Counted from the first letter of the stretch, positions 27,877-38,612 are shown. The stretch: 64,000 nucleotides of DNA from a bacterium (GCA_020444065.1 JAHLLQ010000004.1:198662-262661); one strand, 5' to 3'. The notes: generated by a model from the sequence alone, not told the origin. Numbers and translations: made by a program.

Positions 27877-28110
27877 TCAGCCCTGCTGGCGCTTCAGTTC
27901 TTCGAGGATGACCTTGCGCGGGGCGGCCTTGGCCACGGCACCGCTCTTCAGGGCCTTCGTCGAGACGTAAGCGTGACGAGTCGTGCCGTTTTCGTCGACA
28001 ATCTTGACCCGCTGGATGTTCGCACCAAAGGTGCGCTTCGTCTTGTTATTGGCGTGGCTGACGTTGTTGCCAACAGCCCGACGCTTGCCTGTCACTTCAC
28101 ACTTTGCCAT
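27877..28110 (-). CDS. rpmB: 50S ribosomal protein L28
   Basis: Track ORF 77 aa, [28 protein letters not shown]... matching the L28 pattern (C.VTGK....GN.VSH....KR.F). Confidence 0.9.
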   Translation of the reverse strand: MAKCEVTGKRRAVGNNVSHANNKTKRTFGANIQRVKIVDENGTTRHAYVSTKALKSGAVAKAAPRKVILEELKRQQG

Positions 28111-28255
28111 GATTCTATTCCATACACCGAAATCGGATTATTTCCCGCAAGGGCGCAGCAAGCTAGGACCGGCCCCGGTCCCAGGTCAAACACAAAACGC
28201 GCCCGATCGCCCTTGCGAGGCCGGATTTACTGTCCGGCGTGGCTGATTTCGAGCC

Positions 28256-29365
28256 TTACAGCGCCTTCTTCAGCACCGAAACGACCTCTTCCAACTCCTC
28301 GTCTTTCATATAGGCGAACAAGGGCAGGTTGAGGACGCTCTTCGCCAGCCAGGCCGCCGTCTCGCCGCCCACCTGGCCGGCCATCCAGGCCGCCGCGCCG
28401 GGCTGGGTCGACATGGAACCGGGGTAAACATTGCCGAAGCCGATCCCATTCTCTTTCAGAACGGCTTCGATGGACGGGCGTTTTTCTGGATCCGGAAGTG
28501 TCACGTTCAGGTACCCATTCTCGACGTAACCCTCTGGCGGACCAACGGTTCGGACGCCGATCGCTTCCAGATTCTCGCGGTACCACTCGGCGCTCTTGCG
28601 CCGCGAGGCCAATCGCGGATCGGCAAACTCCAATGCCAGGTTGAGATAGGCCGCGTCGAAACCGCCCATGCGGCTGTTCCAGCCTACCAGCCCGTGGCCG
28701 TAGTGGCTCGTCCGACCGTGGTTGCCCAGGACGCGTACGCGCTCGGCCAGGTCCTTCGTCGAGCAGACGACCGCACCCGCGTCGCCGCAGGAACCCAGCA
28801 CCTTGGCCGGATAGAAGGAGATCGTCGACAGGAACGCGTCCTTGTAGATGGACTCGCCCTTGTACTGAACGCCGAAAGCCTGGGCGCCGTCTTCGATCAG
28901 GGCGATGCGGCGCTCGGCGCAGAACTGCCGGTAGTCGTCCAGGCGGGCCGATCCCCATCCGTACAGGTGGACCAGAATCGCGGCCCGCGGCGAGAACTCG
29001 TCGACGGCCTGGCGGAACTGCTCGAAGTCCATCTGCAGGTCGTCTTCGCTGATGTCCACGGTCACCGGCTGCGCGCCGACGTTGACGACGGCCTCAAAGG
29101 TCGCCCAGAAGGTCGAATCGGGCACCAGCACCATGTCGCCCGGGCCGACGCCCGCGGCGCGCAAGGCCAGTTGCAGCGCGTCGGTCCCGTTGGCACAACC
29201 CACCACGGCTGGGGCGCCGCTCAGGCTCACCAGCTTCTCCTCGAGTGCGGCCGCTTCCGGCCCACCGACGAACTTCGTGTTCTCCGAGACGTCCCGGCAC
29301 TTGTCCATCCAGCGGTCCATAAAGCCGGGCTCGAACCGCCGCAAGTCGATGAAAGGAACTGCCAT
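28256..29365 (-). CDS. DegT/DnrJ/EryC1/StrS family PLP-dependent aminotransferase
   Basis: Track ORF 28256..29470; preferred start ATG 29365..29363 (MAVPFIDLRR...); DegT-like pattern throughout. Confidence 0.85.
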   Translation of the reverse strand: MAVPFIDLRRFEPGFMDRWMDKCRDVSENTKFVGGPEAAALEEKLVSLSGAPAVVGCANGTDALQLALRAAGVGPGDMVLVPDSTFWATFEAVVNVGAQPVTVDISEDDLQMDFEQFRQAVDEFSPRAAILVHLYGWGSARLDDYRQFCAERRIALIEDGAQAFGVQYKGESIYKDAFLSTISFYPAKVLGSCGDAGAVVCSTKDLAERVRVLGNHGRTSHYGHGLVGWNSRMGGFDAAYLNLALEFADPRLASRRKSAEWYRENLEAIGVRTVGPPEGYVENGYLNVTLPDPEKRPSIEAVLKENGIGFGNVYPGSMSTQPGAAAWMAGQVGGETAAWLAKSVLNLPLFAYMKDEELEEVVSVLKKAL

Positions 29366-29760
29366 AGTTGATCGCTTTCGAAATGAAGTTCCGGAGATTC
29401 TCCTCCACTCCGGCCGGCAAGAATGCGGAGCGGCGTGGCAGGGAGTCAATGGCAGGGCGATCAGATTCACCCAATCTCTTCGCCGGGCGGGATCGATCCC
29501 TGGCCAAGGCGGCTCCCGCGCTCAGTCAACCATCCCGTGAGCCGGATCTGGAATGTGGCATAAACCCGGTGATTCCAGGGCCATATAAAGGTGCTTTAGT
29601 GCCAAGTTCCTGCCCGAAGCGGGGAAAACCCTTGCGGCACAACGGCCGTGGCACGCAAATCGCCCGTGGCGGCCGTGTGAAAGGCGGGGGGAAGTGCGTC
29701 TGCTTGACGGCCTGTAACTGTACCTCCCCAGAACCAGACGGGACGACCAAGAGGAACCGA

Positions 29761-31047
29761 ATGACGAATCCACTACATCAGCAAAATGCCGGCGCAGCGG
29801 CCTATCCCTTTAATGTCGTCGAAGTCTCCGGCGACGAAGCTGCGCCGACTCCCTGCGCCCCCATTTTTGATAAGGCGTCCCGATTCACCAAGGCCGACGA
29901 AATGGTCGACCTGGGGTTGTATCCTTATTTCCGCTGCATCGAGTCCGCCCAGGACACCGAGGTCTTCATCGACGGCAAGAAGATGCTGATGCTCGGGTCC
30001 AACTCGTACATGGGCCTGACCAACGATCCGCGGATCAAGGAAGCTGCCAAGAAGGCACTCGACACGTACGGCTCCGGGTGCGCCGGTTCGCGGTTCCTGA
30101 ACGGCACCCTGGACATTCACGTGCAGCTCGAAGAGCAAATCGCCGACTACATGGATATGGAAGCGGCGCTGGCTTACACCACTGGATTCCAGGCCAACCT
30201 GGGCACGATTGCAGCCCTCGTCGGCAAAGACGATCACGTTTTTATCGACCGAAGCGATCACGCTTCCATCGTCGATGGCTGCCGCTTGGGCTTTGGCAAG
30301 ATCCACAAGTTTCCCCACAACGACATGGAGCGGCTCGAGCGCGCCCTGAAGCAGCACGATGCGACCGGTAAAGTCATCGTGGTCGACGGCGTGTACTCGA
30401 TGGAGGGCGACATCGCGAAGCTGCCCGAAATCGTGGCGCTGGCGCAGAGATACCACGCCGGCATCATCGTAGACGACGCACACGGCATCGGCGTCCTCGG
30501 CAAGAAGGGCAATGGCACGGCGGATCACTTCAACCTGACCGCCGAGACGGACCTGGTTGTCGGTACATTCTCGAAGTCGCTTGCCTCGGTCGGTGGATTC
30601 GTCGCCGGCAGCCGCAGTGTCATCAATTTCCTGAAGCATCACAGCCGCGCGCTGATCTTCTCGGCTTCGATCTCTCCGCCATGCGTGGCTGCAGCCCAGA
30701 AGGCCATGGAGATCATCGAGAACGAGCCCGAGCGCCGCGAAGCGCTTTGGCGGAACACGCACTTCATCGCCGAGGGCCTCAAGAGCCTTGGCTTCAACAC
30801 TGGCCACTCGGAAACGCCGATCATTCCGATTCTGATCGGCGAGACGATCACCTGCTTCCAGTTCTGGCGGGCCTTGCACGACGCCGGGATCTTCGTGAAT
30901 CCCGTCGTTGCGCCGGCTACTCCGCCGGACCAGGCCCTGATCCGCATCAGCGTCATGGCGACCCACACGATCGACCAGTTGACTTACGCGCTGGAGCAGA
31001 TCGAGCGCATCGGAAAGCAGACAGGCGTCCTCCAGGCCCTGACCTGA
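29761..31047 (+). CDS. alpha-oxoamine synthase family PLP enzyme (8-amino-7-oxononanoate synthase / serine palmitoyltransferase-like)
   Basis: Track ORF 29368..31047; preferred start ATG 29761 behind RBS AAGAGGAA; PLP-lysine motif [16 protein letters not shown]; AONS/SPT-like overall. Confidence 0.85.
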   Translation: MTNPLHQQNAGAAAYPFNVVEVSGDEAAPTPCAPIFDKASRFTKADEMVDLGLYPYFRCIESAQDTEVFIDGKKMLMLGSNSYMGLTNDPRIKEAAKKALDTYGSGCAGSRFLNGTLDIHVQLEEQIADYMDMEAALAYTTGFQANLGTIAALVGKDDHVFIDRSDHASIVDGCRLGFGKIHKFPHNDMERLERALKQHDATGKVIVVDGVYSMEGDIAKLPEIVALAQRYHAGIIVDDAHGIGVLGKKGNGTADHFNLTAETDLVVGTFSKSLASVGGFVAGSRSVINFLKHHSRALIFSASISPPCVAAAQKAMEIIENEPERREALWRNTHFIAEGLKSLGFNTGHSETPIIPILIGETITCFQFWRALHDAGIFVNPVVAPATPPDQALIRISVMATHTIDQLTYALEQIERIGKQTGVLQALT

Positions 31048-31074
31048 GTCGGAAAACCCAACCAGAATGCAGTC

Positions 31075-31108
31075 GCCGGGGTCGATTGAACGGCCCCGGC
31101 TTTTTTTT
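31075..31108 (+). terminator. rho-independent terminator downstream of the alpha-oxoamine synthase gene
   Basis: Stem GCCGGGG / CCCCGGC with 12-nt loop followed by eight consecutive T. Confidence 0.75.
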
Positions 31109-31211
31109 GTCTGGCGGACCGCCGGGATTGCGTCCCGGAGCCCCGAGCCCTTAGGTCTGGGCGGTCCGGGCGGCGGCCGGGGCAAATCCAACACCGAGCA
31201 ACTCATTCTCC

Positions 31212-34200
31212 ATGGCAACCTTCGCGAATCACCGAAGTCTGGCGTTCAGTTCCCTCATCCTGCTGCTTACTCTCTGTGCCGGGACGGCTTTGGCCGCAAA
31301 GATCCCCGCCAAGGGCATCGAATCCCTGCCCCACGAATACCTGTTCGAGCAGGCCGATAGCCTTCGGTCATTTTCAGATCGGATTGAACTCCAGGGATCC
31401 ATCAACTCTGACGAGTTGCACCTGCTGCGCCGTGCATGGGTGGTTGCCGCTCCTCCGGGAGAGATCGAATACGAGATTCGCAGCCTTACCATCAAAGATC
31501 ACATCACGGGCGTTCCGGTGGAACTGACTTCCGCCGAGGGCATTGACGAGGTCCGGGAGAGCTACGGATTCAGAACTGGTTTCATCGTGGAAGAAATGGG
31601 CATCATGCGAAATGTCCGACTGCTCCGCGTGGTCGTGAACGGCGATGCCCAGATTCTCTACAACAAGCGCAGCTTCTCGCTTCGTCAGTTCGACATCGTC
31701 ATCAAGTTCCCAGAATGGAGCCCAGAGGATGTCTCCAACGGCTCCTTCTCAAGTGAACAAAGCAGCTTGCGCCAGATGCTCGAACAATCGGTCGCGAACC
31801 CCGAGATGCTGGACCTCTACGCGCAGGCAGACCCGCCTGAGACCGAGACAAGCCTGCACGCAAAGTCCGCTTGGCAGCCGCGTCCCGAACTGACAGCGGA
31901 GGACTTCCCTTGGCTGAAGATTCCGATCACCGAGGACGGCTTGTACGCGATCGACGGGCGCTGGCTGTCGGGTCAGGGGCTGGATCCCTCGACGATTGAT
32001 CCGGCATCGCTCTTCCTCGTGAACCGCGGCGAAGAAGTCGCCCTGGTGCAAGCCGGCCCTGAGGGGGCATCGTTCGCCACCGGCGCCCGTCTAATTTTCC
32101 TCGGGCTGAAGAATCACTCCAAAGAAACAAACGAGCGCATCTACTTTCTTGGTCGTCGAGAGACGCCCCAGGAACGTCCCGCTCTCGCCACTGCTGAAGA
32201 TCTCGATGAAGATGCAGAAGTCGAACGCACCTACCGCCGGAAGACGCGCATCGAGGAGGACGTGAACCTCGAAACGCGCGTTGGCAGCTTCCTGAGTATT
32301 CGCGAGATGACATGGGTATGGGATGAATTGCCGCGCGACACGCCGGAGAGTTTCACCTTCGATCTGCAGACCCTTCCATCGTCGGCACCCGCAGCCAAGG
32401 GATCGATCAAGGTCTACTACGCGGGCGTTGGCCTGACCGGCGTTGTGACCCTCGCGGTGAAACTCAATGGCAAGGAACTGGTGCCCGGTGCGACCCTAAC
32501 AAGTCGCCGCAACGTGGTGGATTTCGATATCCCCGAAGGCCTCCTGCAGGTGAACGACAACGTGTTCGAACTCACCATGAAGCAGCCTACGGGCTCGGGC
32601 AATCGCCAGATTCCGCCCATCTATCTCGATTACATCGAACTCGAGCATCAGAGTCTCTTCCGCGCGCACGATGGCCAGCACCTCGCGGACTTCGGCAGCG
32701 AGAAGAGTATCTCCGGCAACGTTCGGCTCGGCGCCGTTGGCTTCCGTCCCTATCGGATGCTGGCAGTGGACGTGACGAAGCCTGAGCAGCCGCTCCGACT
32801 TCCCGTCGTTGAAGGCGAAGGCATCATTTACGTCCTGGCCGATGTCACGCCCGAAACTCGGATTCTCATGATGGAAGACGACGTCGTTCCACGTGCCCCA
32901 GCCGGCGAGCCACTGCATTGGCAGGATTGGCGCGCGCAGGATTCAAGCGCTCAAGTCGTGGTCATCTATCATCCGGATTTCGAAGAGTCCGCACATCGGC
33001 TCGCCGCAGACATCGAGTCCTCCGGACGCGATGTCGTCCTCGCCGATGTAGAAAGCATCTATGAAGCCTACACGGACGGTGAACTGAGTGTCGATGCGAT
33101 CCAGATGTTCCTGCGCGATGCTATCTATCGTTGGGATGGTGAGCGTCCGACTCACGCAATCCTCGTTGGCGATTGCACGAGCGATGGGCAACGCGTTTCG
33201 CGCAACGACGTGATCAACTACGTGCCGACGCATGTGATCGAGGAAGCAGAGACGCATGCGATCGATGAGTACGCGACCGACCAGTACTACGCTTGGCTGG
33301 CCGGCGACGATGAAGTCGCCGATATCATCGTTGGTCGTATCTCCGTGAACAACATCACCGACGCCGACACCGTGGTGGATAAGTCCATCGAGTATCGCCG
33401 GCAAGACCCGTCAATTTGGGCCAGCCGCTTTGTTACGGTCTCCGACCCGGCCGAGTTCGAAAGCGTCTCCTCGATGCTGGTTCACACGTCTGTCGACCCG
33501 TGGTTTGACTACACGGCAATCAATACAGCGGATTATCCCTGGGAGGATAACTTCTACCTGCCGCGGAACTACATCCAGGGCGACGAGATCAAAGTCGCTC
33601 CGGTTGTGACGACGAAGTTGCAGGAAGAAATCGACAGCGGACTCGGCGTCATTTCCTTCTTCGGTCACGGTTCGCCGAATATTTGGTCGAATCAGCGCAT
33701 CTGGTTCGGCGGCGACAGCGAGAACAGCGATAACCTTCGCCTGCGCAACCGCGACCGGCTGGCGTTCATGACGTCGTTCACCTGCAATAATGGTGCGATC
33801 GACTATCCCGTACCGCGTTGGAATGTCTGCATCGCGGAAGACATGATGCGTGTTCCAAAGGGGGGAATGGTGGCGTGCTTCGTACCGTCCGGTCCTGGGT
33901 ACTCCGAGCGCCACTTGCGTCTGGCTGAAGGCTTCTTCCGCACCCTGACGCATTTGAAGGTTCGTGAGTTTGGCCAGGTCGCCGAGATGTCGCGACTCAC
34001 CTATCAGGCCATGCTTGGCTCCGATGATCACGCGCGCATGTTCATCTTCCTCGGCGATCCCACGCTGAAGTTCCCAGCGATCGAGCGCGATGCGGAACTT
34101 TCGATTCGCCCCGACGTCTTGTCGGCGGCCGTTGATCGTCAGCCTATTCGTGCGGCGATGACCACCGAGGAAGAAGAACTGACAACGGGGACGATGATCC

Positions 34201-35738
34201 TTCGCGGCCGCAATGGCCAGGTGATTGCCGAAGGCGAAATGACTCCGGATGGACGTGGCGGCGTTGTCGGTGCCGTGATGGCTGAATTGCCCCGCGACCA
34301 GATGGAGTATCGTCTGATCACGCGAGCGATGGGAAAGAGCGGCGAGCTGTATCGCGCGGGTATGCGAGTCCCTCGCGCGCCCTCGAAGGTCGTCATCGAA
34401 CTGGTCGAAATCGGCGACGTTAGCTATGATCCGCCGTCGCGCGAGTTCACTTACGTTCTCTACAACCAGGGAAACTTCGCGCAGTGGGGTGAGTTGAATG
34501 TCACCCGCCTTCACGACGGAAAACGCATTCAGGCAGGCGTGATTCCATTCGAACTGAAGGCGAAGGAACGCCAGTCCTTCCCGATTAGGCTGGAAGCGCC
34601 CCCCGGAGCTTACGTGATTCAAGCCAATGTGCATCCCTCGCGTACGTACGACTTAAACGAGGAACTTCCCAGCGCGTTGTCGACCGATTGCCTCGTCATT
34701 CCGGACCAGGAGAATCCCGAGGCGGATCTTGTGATTCCGACCGATGCGTTCCGAATTCTTCCTGCGAAGAGCAAGTCCTCCTCGCCATTGGCAGAGACGT
34801 TTATCGCAAACACCGGTGGTAAGCGTCCACGCGCGCGGCTGATTTACCGTGCAGCCTATCCGAATGGCAAAGTCGTGGAAGGCAGCCGGGTGATCGGCTG
34901 GGTCGATCCGGGAAAGGCTGTCCGTTCCACGATCCCAATGCAGATCGAACTCGAAATGACTGCCGATTTGAAAGTTGAATTAATCAGTGAGTCGATGGAT
35001 TTCGAGGATCCGAATCCAGACAATAACTCCCTGACGCGGACGGTTACGGCGGAGTCGATGCCGGACATTCAACTCATTCCCGGCAGCCTGAAGATCTCGC
35101 CCCCGCACCTGGCGGAAGGCGTGACGATCTTCGTTGAAGGTAAGGTCGTCAATCGCGGCCAGACACGTTCTGCAGGTTGCAAGGTTGCGCTCTTCCCGGC
35201 CGGAGACACGGGATTCAACGAGCCTCTGCGCAGCCTGGCCGGACAGAATGGTTCCGACATTCCGCCCCTGCAGCCAGGTTCATCGTGGCCGTTCAAGATT
35301 CGCTGGGATGCCCACGACAATTTGAACGTCGATTCCGTTCAATTACTCCTCGACTCGGATCAGATCCTCGTCGAATCGAACAAACGGAACAACCTCATCA
35401 GCGTGCCACTCGAAATTAAATCGAAGTGGAAACTGGCTCCGCGCGGAATTGCTTTCAAGCAGGATCGCCCGGGTTACTTGACTCTGATCGCGCGTGTCGC
35501 GAACGAAGGCCAAACCGACGCCCGACGCGTGAATGTGATGTTCTATCGAACCACTGACCAGAACGATGAGACCTTCCTCGGCGAAGTGCTCGTCGATCGC
35601 ATCCCCGCCGGCAACATGGCTCTCATCCAGTTCCCATGGAACCTGGAAGGCGAGAACATGCGCCAGAAGGTCCAGCCCAGCTTCAACGTATCGCTGAAGG
35701 GCAGCCTGCAGCGAATCTCGTCGGTCACGGAAGAGTAA
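31212..35738 (+). CDS. giant secreted clan CD cysteine peptidase, gingipain-like (C25-like), with C-terminal CARDB-like repeats
   Basis: Track ORF 1508 aa; signal peptide MATFANHRSLAFSSLILLLTLCAGTALA; putative catalytic His-Gly dyad in FFGHGSP (His codon 33666..33668) and Cys in SFTCNNG (about 33783..33785); C-terminal Ig-like/CARDB-like repeats. Family call from motif memory. Confidence 0.7.
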   Translation: MATFANHRSLAFSSLILLLTLCAGTALAAKIPAKGIESLPHEYLFEQADSLRSFSDRIELQGSINSDELHLLRRAWVVAAPPGEIEYEIRSLTIKDHITGVPVELTSAEGIDEVRESYGFRTGFIVEEMGIMRNVRLLRVVVNGDAQILYNKRSFSLRQFDIVIKFPEWSPEDVSNGSFSSEQSSLRQMLEQSVANPEMLDLYAQADPPETETSLHAKSAWQPRPELTAEDFPWLKIPITEDGLYAIDGRWLSGQGLDPSTIDPASLFLVNRGEEVALVQAGPEGASFATGARLIFLGLKNHSKETNERIYFLGRRETPQERPALATAEDLDEDAEVERTYRRKTRIEEDVNLETRVGSFLSIREMTWVWDELPRDTPESFTFDLQTLPSSAPAAKGSIKVYYAGVGLTGVVTLAVKLNGKELVPGATLTSRRNVVDFDIPEGLLQVNDNVFELTMKQPTGSGNRQIPPIYLDYIELEHQSLFRAHDGQHLADFGSEKSISGNVRLGAVGFRPYRMLAVDVTKPEQPLRLPVVEGEGIIYVLADVTPETRILMMEDDVVPRAPAGEPLHWQDWRAQDSSAQVVVIYHPDFEESAHRLAADIESSGRDVVLADVESIYEAYTDGELSVDAIQMFLRDAIYRWDGERPTHAILVGDCTSDGQRVSRNDVINYVPTHVIEEAETHAIDEYATDQYYAWLAGDDEVADIIVGRISVNNITDADTVVDKSIEYRRQDPSIWASRFVTVSDPAEFESVSSMLVHTSVDPWFDYTAINTADYPWEDNFYLPRNYIQGDEIKVAPVVTTKLQEEIDSGLGVISFFGHGSPNIWSNQRIWFGGDSENSDNLRLRNRDRLAFMTSFTCNNGAIDYPVPRWNVCIAEDMMRVPKGGMVACFVPSGPGYSERHLRLAEGFFRTLTHLKVREFGQVAEMSRLTYQAMLGSDDHARMFIFLGDPTLKFPAIERDAELSIRPDVLSAAVDRQPIRAAMTTEEEELTTGTMILRGRNGQVIAEGEMTPDGRGGVVGAVMAELPRDQMEYRLITRAMGKSGELYRAGMRVPRAPSKVVIELVEIGDVSYDPPSREFTYVLYNQGNFAQWGELNVTRLHDGKRIQAGVIPFELKAKERQSFPIRLEAPPGAYVIQANVHPSRTYDLNEELPSALSTDCLVIPDQENPEADLVIPTDAFRILPAKSKSSSPLAETFIANTGGKRPRARLIYRAAYPNGKVVEGSRVIGWVDPGKAVRSTIPMQIELEMTADLKVELISESMDFEDPNPDNNSLTRTVTAESMPDIQLIPGSLKISPPHLAEGVTIFVEGKVVNRGQTRSAGCKVALFPAGDTGFNEPLRSLAGQNGSDIPPLQPGSSWPFKIRWDAHDNLNVDSVQLLLDSDQILVESNKRNNLISVPLEIKSKWKLAPRGIAFKQDRPGYLTLIARVANEGQTDARRVNVMFYRTTDQNDETFLGEVLVDRIPAGNMALIQFPWNLEGENMRQKVQPSFNVSLKGSLQRISSVTEE

Positions 35739-35740
35739 GC

Positions 35741-37012
35741 ATGTCTCGTCGCTTCGCACACCTGCTTCTGATTTGCTTGATCGCAATCACCGCGATTGGA
35801 TGTTCCCGCGCGAAGCGCGATGCGAACCTGAAAGCCAACGCACCGACAGGAACGGCGGAGTTCGGTCTTTGGGTTCAGCCGGAGACGGCAGCCGAGTCTT
35901 TCCAGACTGTGGCAGAGGCGACGGCCTTCTTCGATGACCTGAAAGAGCAAAAGGTTTCGACGGTCTTTCTTCAGGTCAAAGATCGCCAGGGCGATGTGAT
36001 CTTCGCAACGAAGCACGCGGCCGCCATTCCTGGTGCAGAGCATCTGCTCGCAAACGCCGCGCGGGGGGCGAACGCGGCCGGTGTCCAATTGATCGCCGCC
36101 TATCCAGTCTTTGTGGGCAATCCTCGGCCCGGTGAGGAACTCATCGAATACACTTACGATGAGTCGGCTGGTCATGCACGCGTCCAACCACGCGAATCAG
36201 GTCCGCTACCGCGTCTGAATCCATCCATCCGCGCTGTCCGCGACCGAGAACTCGCCATCCTGCGAGAGCTGGCTGCTGTGCCTGTAGATGGATTCTGTCT
36301 GACGCATGCCGGCTATCCGGGAAGTCAGGCGGACTTCTCCGACGAGGCGCGCGCGGGTTTCGAAGCCGCCATGGCCCGTCCTGTCAAAGTCTGGCCGGAT
36401 GATATCTTGGGCTTCCGCCCGGGCGAGCATCGCCCCGTCGCAGAGCCAGGGGATTTGTGGGAAGCGTGGGTTTCCTGGCGCGCGAGTCTGTTGCGCGACT
36501 TCCTCTTCCAGGCTCAGGGGGCGTTGACTGTCGGCACGGAAGTTCGTCGGCCAGTGCTCATCATGGCCGAGGGCTACTACCCCCTGCATTACCGCCAGGG
36601 TGTGAACTGGGCCAGCCCCGCCGCCTCCGTGCAGAAGGCCTTTCCATCGGCTCCGCCACGCTACGGCGGAACCGGTACCGGGGCGATCTTCGACGGCGTC
36701 GTGTTGGAGCTGCTGGCTCCGATCCCAACGATCGAGGAAGCGGTCGCCAACGAGATGGCCTGGTGGTCGAGCGCCGAGGGGGCCTCCCGACTGGCATCCG
36801 AGCTATTGCCGCCCGACGCCACGCGATGGGCGGCGGTCACGCCGATGCCCTTCGCGGATTCAGAGGGTAACCTGAGCAGTGGCGCGCGCGAGGCCTTCCT
36901 GCGCTCCACACACGAATGCGCCCGGGCGAACCCGGGCGTACTGGTACTTGACCTGGACTACATGAATGGCTGGGGCCTGTGGGCGGATGTTCAGGGCGCG
37001 CTGGCGCGCTAA
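35741..37012 (+). CDS. lipoprotein, possibly glycoside-hydrolase-like family 10 (GHL10/DUF187-like) TIM-barrel protein
   Basis: In-frame ATG 35741 two nt after the protease stop; lipobox LIAITAIGC; resemblance to GHL10 is tentative. Confidence 0.55.
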   Translation: MSRRFAHLLLICLIAITAIGCSRAKRDANLKANAPTGTAEFGLWVQPETAAESFQTVAEATAFFDDLKEQKVSTVFLQVKDRQGDVIFATKHAAAIPGAEHLLANAARGANAAGVQLIAAYPVFVGNPRPGEELIEYTYDESAGHARVQPRESGPLPRLNPSIRAVRDRELAILRELAAVPVDGFCLTHAGYPGSQADFSDEARAGFEAAMARPVKVWPDDILGFRPGEHRPVAEPGDLWEAWVSWRASLLRDFLFQAQGALTVGTEVRRPVLIMAEGYYPLHYRQGVNWASPAASVQKAFPSAPPRYGGTGTGAIFDGVVLELLAPIPTIEEAVANEMAWWSSAEGASRLASELLPPDATRWAAVTPMPFADSEGNLSSGAREAFLRSTHECARANPGVLVLDLDYMNGWGLWADVQGALAR

Positions 37013-37015
37013 CCA

Positions 37016-37336
37016 TCATTCCACGTCGTCATCGCTCTGGTCGCTCGAGGCGACATCGATGCTCTTGATTTCCTTGCCCGGTTTGAAAGTCACCACGCGG
37101 TGCGAGGGAATCGGGTAGGATTTCTTATTCTTTGGATTCCGGCCCATCCGCGCCTTGCGCTGCTTGACCTGGAAGACTCCGAAGTCTCGGATTTCCAGTC
37201 GCTCATCGCGGATAATCACTTCTTTCACCGACTCGATGATCTGGTCGACGATAATGAGGGCCTCCTTGTCCTTGATCTGTTGTTGATCGTTGGACAGGCC
37301 GTCCGAGATTCGTTTGACGATATCGGCTTTGATCAT
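37016..37336 (-). CDS. HU/IHF family nucleoid-associated DNA-binding protein with acidic C-terminal tail
   Basis: Track ORF 106 aa; IHF/HU arm pattern ...GVFQVKQRKARMGRNPKNKKSYPIPSHRVVTFKPGKEIK. Confidence 0.85.
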   Translation of the reverse strand: MIKADIVKRISDGLSNDQQQIKDKEALIIVDQIIESVKEVIIRDERLEIRDFGVFQVKQRKARMGRNPKNKKSYPIPSHRVVTFKPGKEIKSIDVASSDQSDDDVE

Positions 37337-37484
37337 TTCGGAACCATCGCTCGCATTTCAGGTGTTCTCGACCAAGAAAGAGAAGAGGCACCGCCGTCGC
37401 AAGTCAAATTACTTCAAGCGTTCAAAATTCCTGTGAGGGCAGCGGAGAGACTCGGTCGGAGAGCCCCGGCCTGCTGCATTCTCC

Positions 37485-38546
37485 TCATCTCTTCTTCCGC
37501 CGCACCTTCTCGGGGGGCGGGTTCTTGAGCAAATCCATGTACTTGGCGAATGCGCTGGGCATTTCGCTTGTTTTCGTGATCCAGCGGCTCGTCTTGATAG
37601 GATGCTGGAATTTCAGCCGGATCGCGTGCAGCATCATGCGCTTCGACGGGGGGACCTGGCGCCCGAAACGCTGGCTGTCGTGGCGCATCCGGGCCAGCTT
37701 CACGTAGACCGGATCGCCGATTACCGGGTGTCCAGCTTCTGCGCAATGGATGCGAATCTGGTGAGTTCTCCCCGTTTCCAGTCGCAACTCAAGAAGGGTG
37801 GCCCCCGGGAGGCGCTCCAGGACTTTGTAGTGCGTGATGGCTTCCTGGCCGCCGGGGCCCTGCTTGGCAGGCTTGGGCTTCGGCTTGGCGCCGGTCTCCT
37901 CCGGCTCGGGAACTGGACCAACCACTTGGCGCAATTTGCCTTCGCCGACGCCGATCAGGTTGTGCCATGTCCCCCGATCCTCGCGAATCCGGCCTTCGAC
38001 GAGGGCAACGTAACGTCGCTCCATGAAGCGCCCGGCCGCCTGGCGCTGCAGGTTTCGCCCGGCGTCCGCCGTCTTGCCCATGACCATCAGCCCGCTGGTT
38101 TCCTTGTCCAGGCGCTGCACGACGATCGGGTTGACGGGACGTTCGCCCTTGGATTGCCAGTAGTGCTTCAGCAGCTCAACCAACGGCGTCCCACGCGTGC
38201 CTTCGACGGGTTGGACCAGGATGCCTTCGGCCTTGTCCACGACGACAACGTGCTCGTCATCATGGACGACCTTCATCTGATCCAGCAGGGGGCGGTTCTT
38301 CGAGCGCCCCTGCCCGCGGGCACCGTGAGTCAGGTCGACCGTGAGGTCCGCGCCGCTGGGGATTGGAGCATCCAGATCGTCCAGCTTCTTGCGGTCGGCT
38401 TTGACCAGGCCATTGGCGACGATCAGGACAAGGGCGCGCGAGGACACCTTCGGCAGAACCTCGGCCAGGATTTCCTTCAGCCGGCGGTCTTGCCAGTCGG
38501 CACGCCAACGGAACTCGTATTTCTTCTGTGGAACGGGCAGTTTCAT
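37485..38546 (-). CDS. RluA-family 23S rRNA pseudouridine synthase (RluD-like)
   Basis: Track ORF 353 aa; catalytic motif QRLDKETSGLMVMGK; S4-like N-terminal region; contains a Pro/Lys-rich insertion. Confidence 0.85.
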   Translation of the reverse strand: MKLPVPQKKYEFRWRADWQDRRLKEILAEVLPKVSSRALVLIVANGLVKADRKKLDDLDAPIPSGADLTVDLTHGARGQGRSKNRPLLDQMKVVHDDEHVVVVDKAEGILVQPVEGTRGTPLVELLKHYWQSKGERPVNPIVVQRLDKETSGLMVMGKTADAGRNLQRQAAGRFMERRYVALVEGRIREDRGTWHNLIGVGEGKLRQVVGPVPEPEETGAKPKPKPAKQGPGGQEAITHYKVLERLPGATLLELRLETGRTHQIRIHCAEAGHPVIGDPVYVKLARMRHDSQRFGRQVPPSKRMMLHAIRLKFQHPIKTSRWITKTSEMPSAFAKYMDLLKNPPPEKVRRKKR

Positions 38547-38612
38547 GGTCGCGAATGGTGGTCAGGTGGCTCGTCCGTGGCAAGGCAATAGCAGTCGTGC
38601 AGGAATCTTCGA

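Noticed and set aside
29773-31218. 481-aa minus-strand ORF
   Set aside because: Antisense to the alpha-oxoamine synthase gene, which has a clear PLP-lysine motif.
33411-34634. 407-aa minus-strand ORF inside the giant protease gene
   Set aside because: Antisense artefact of GC-rich coding sequence.
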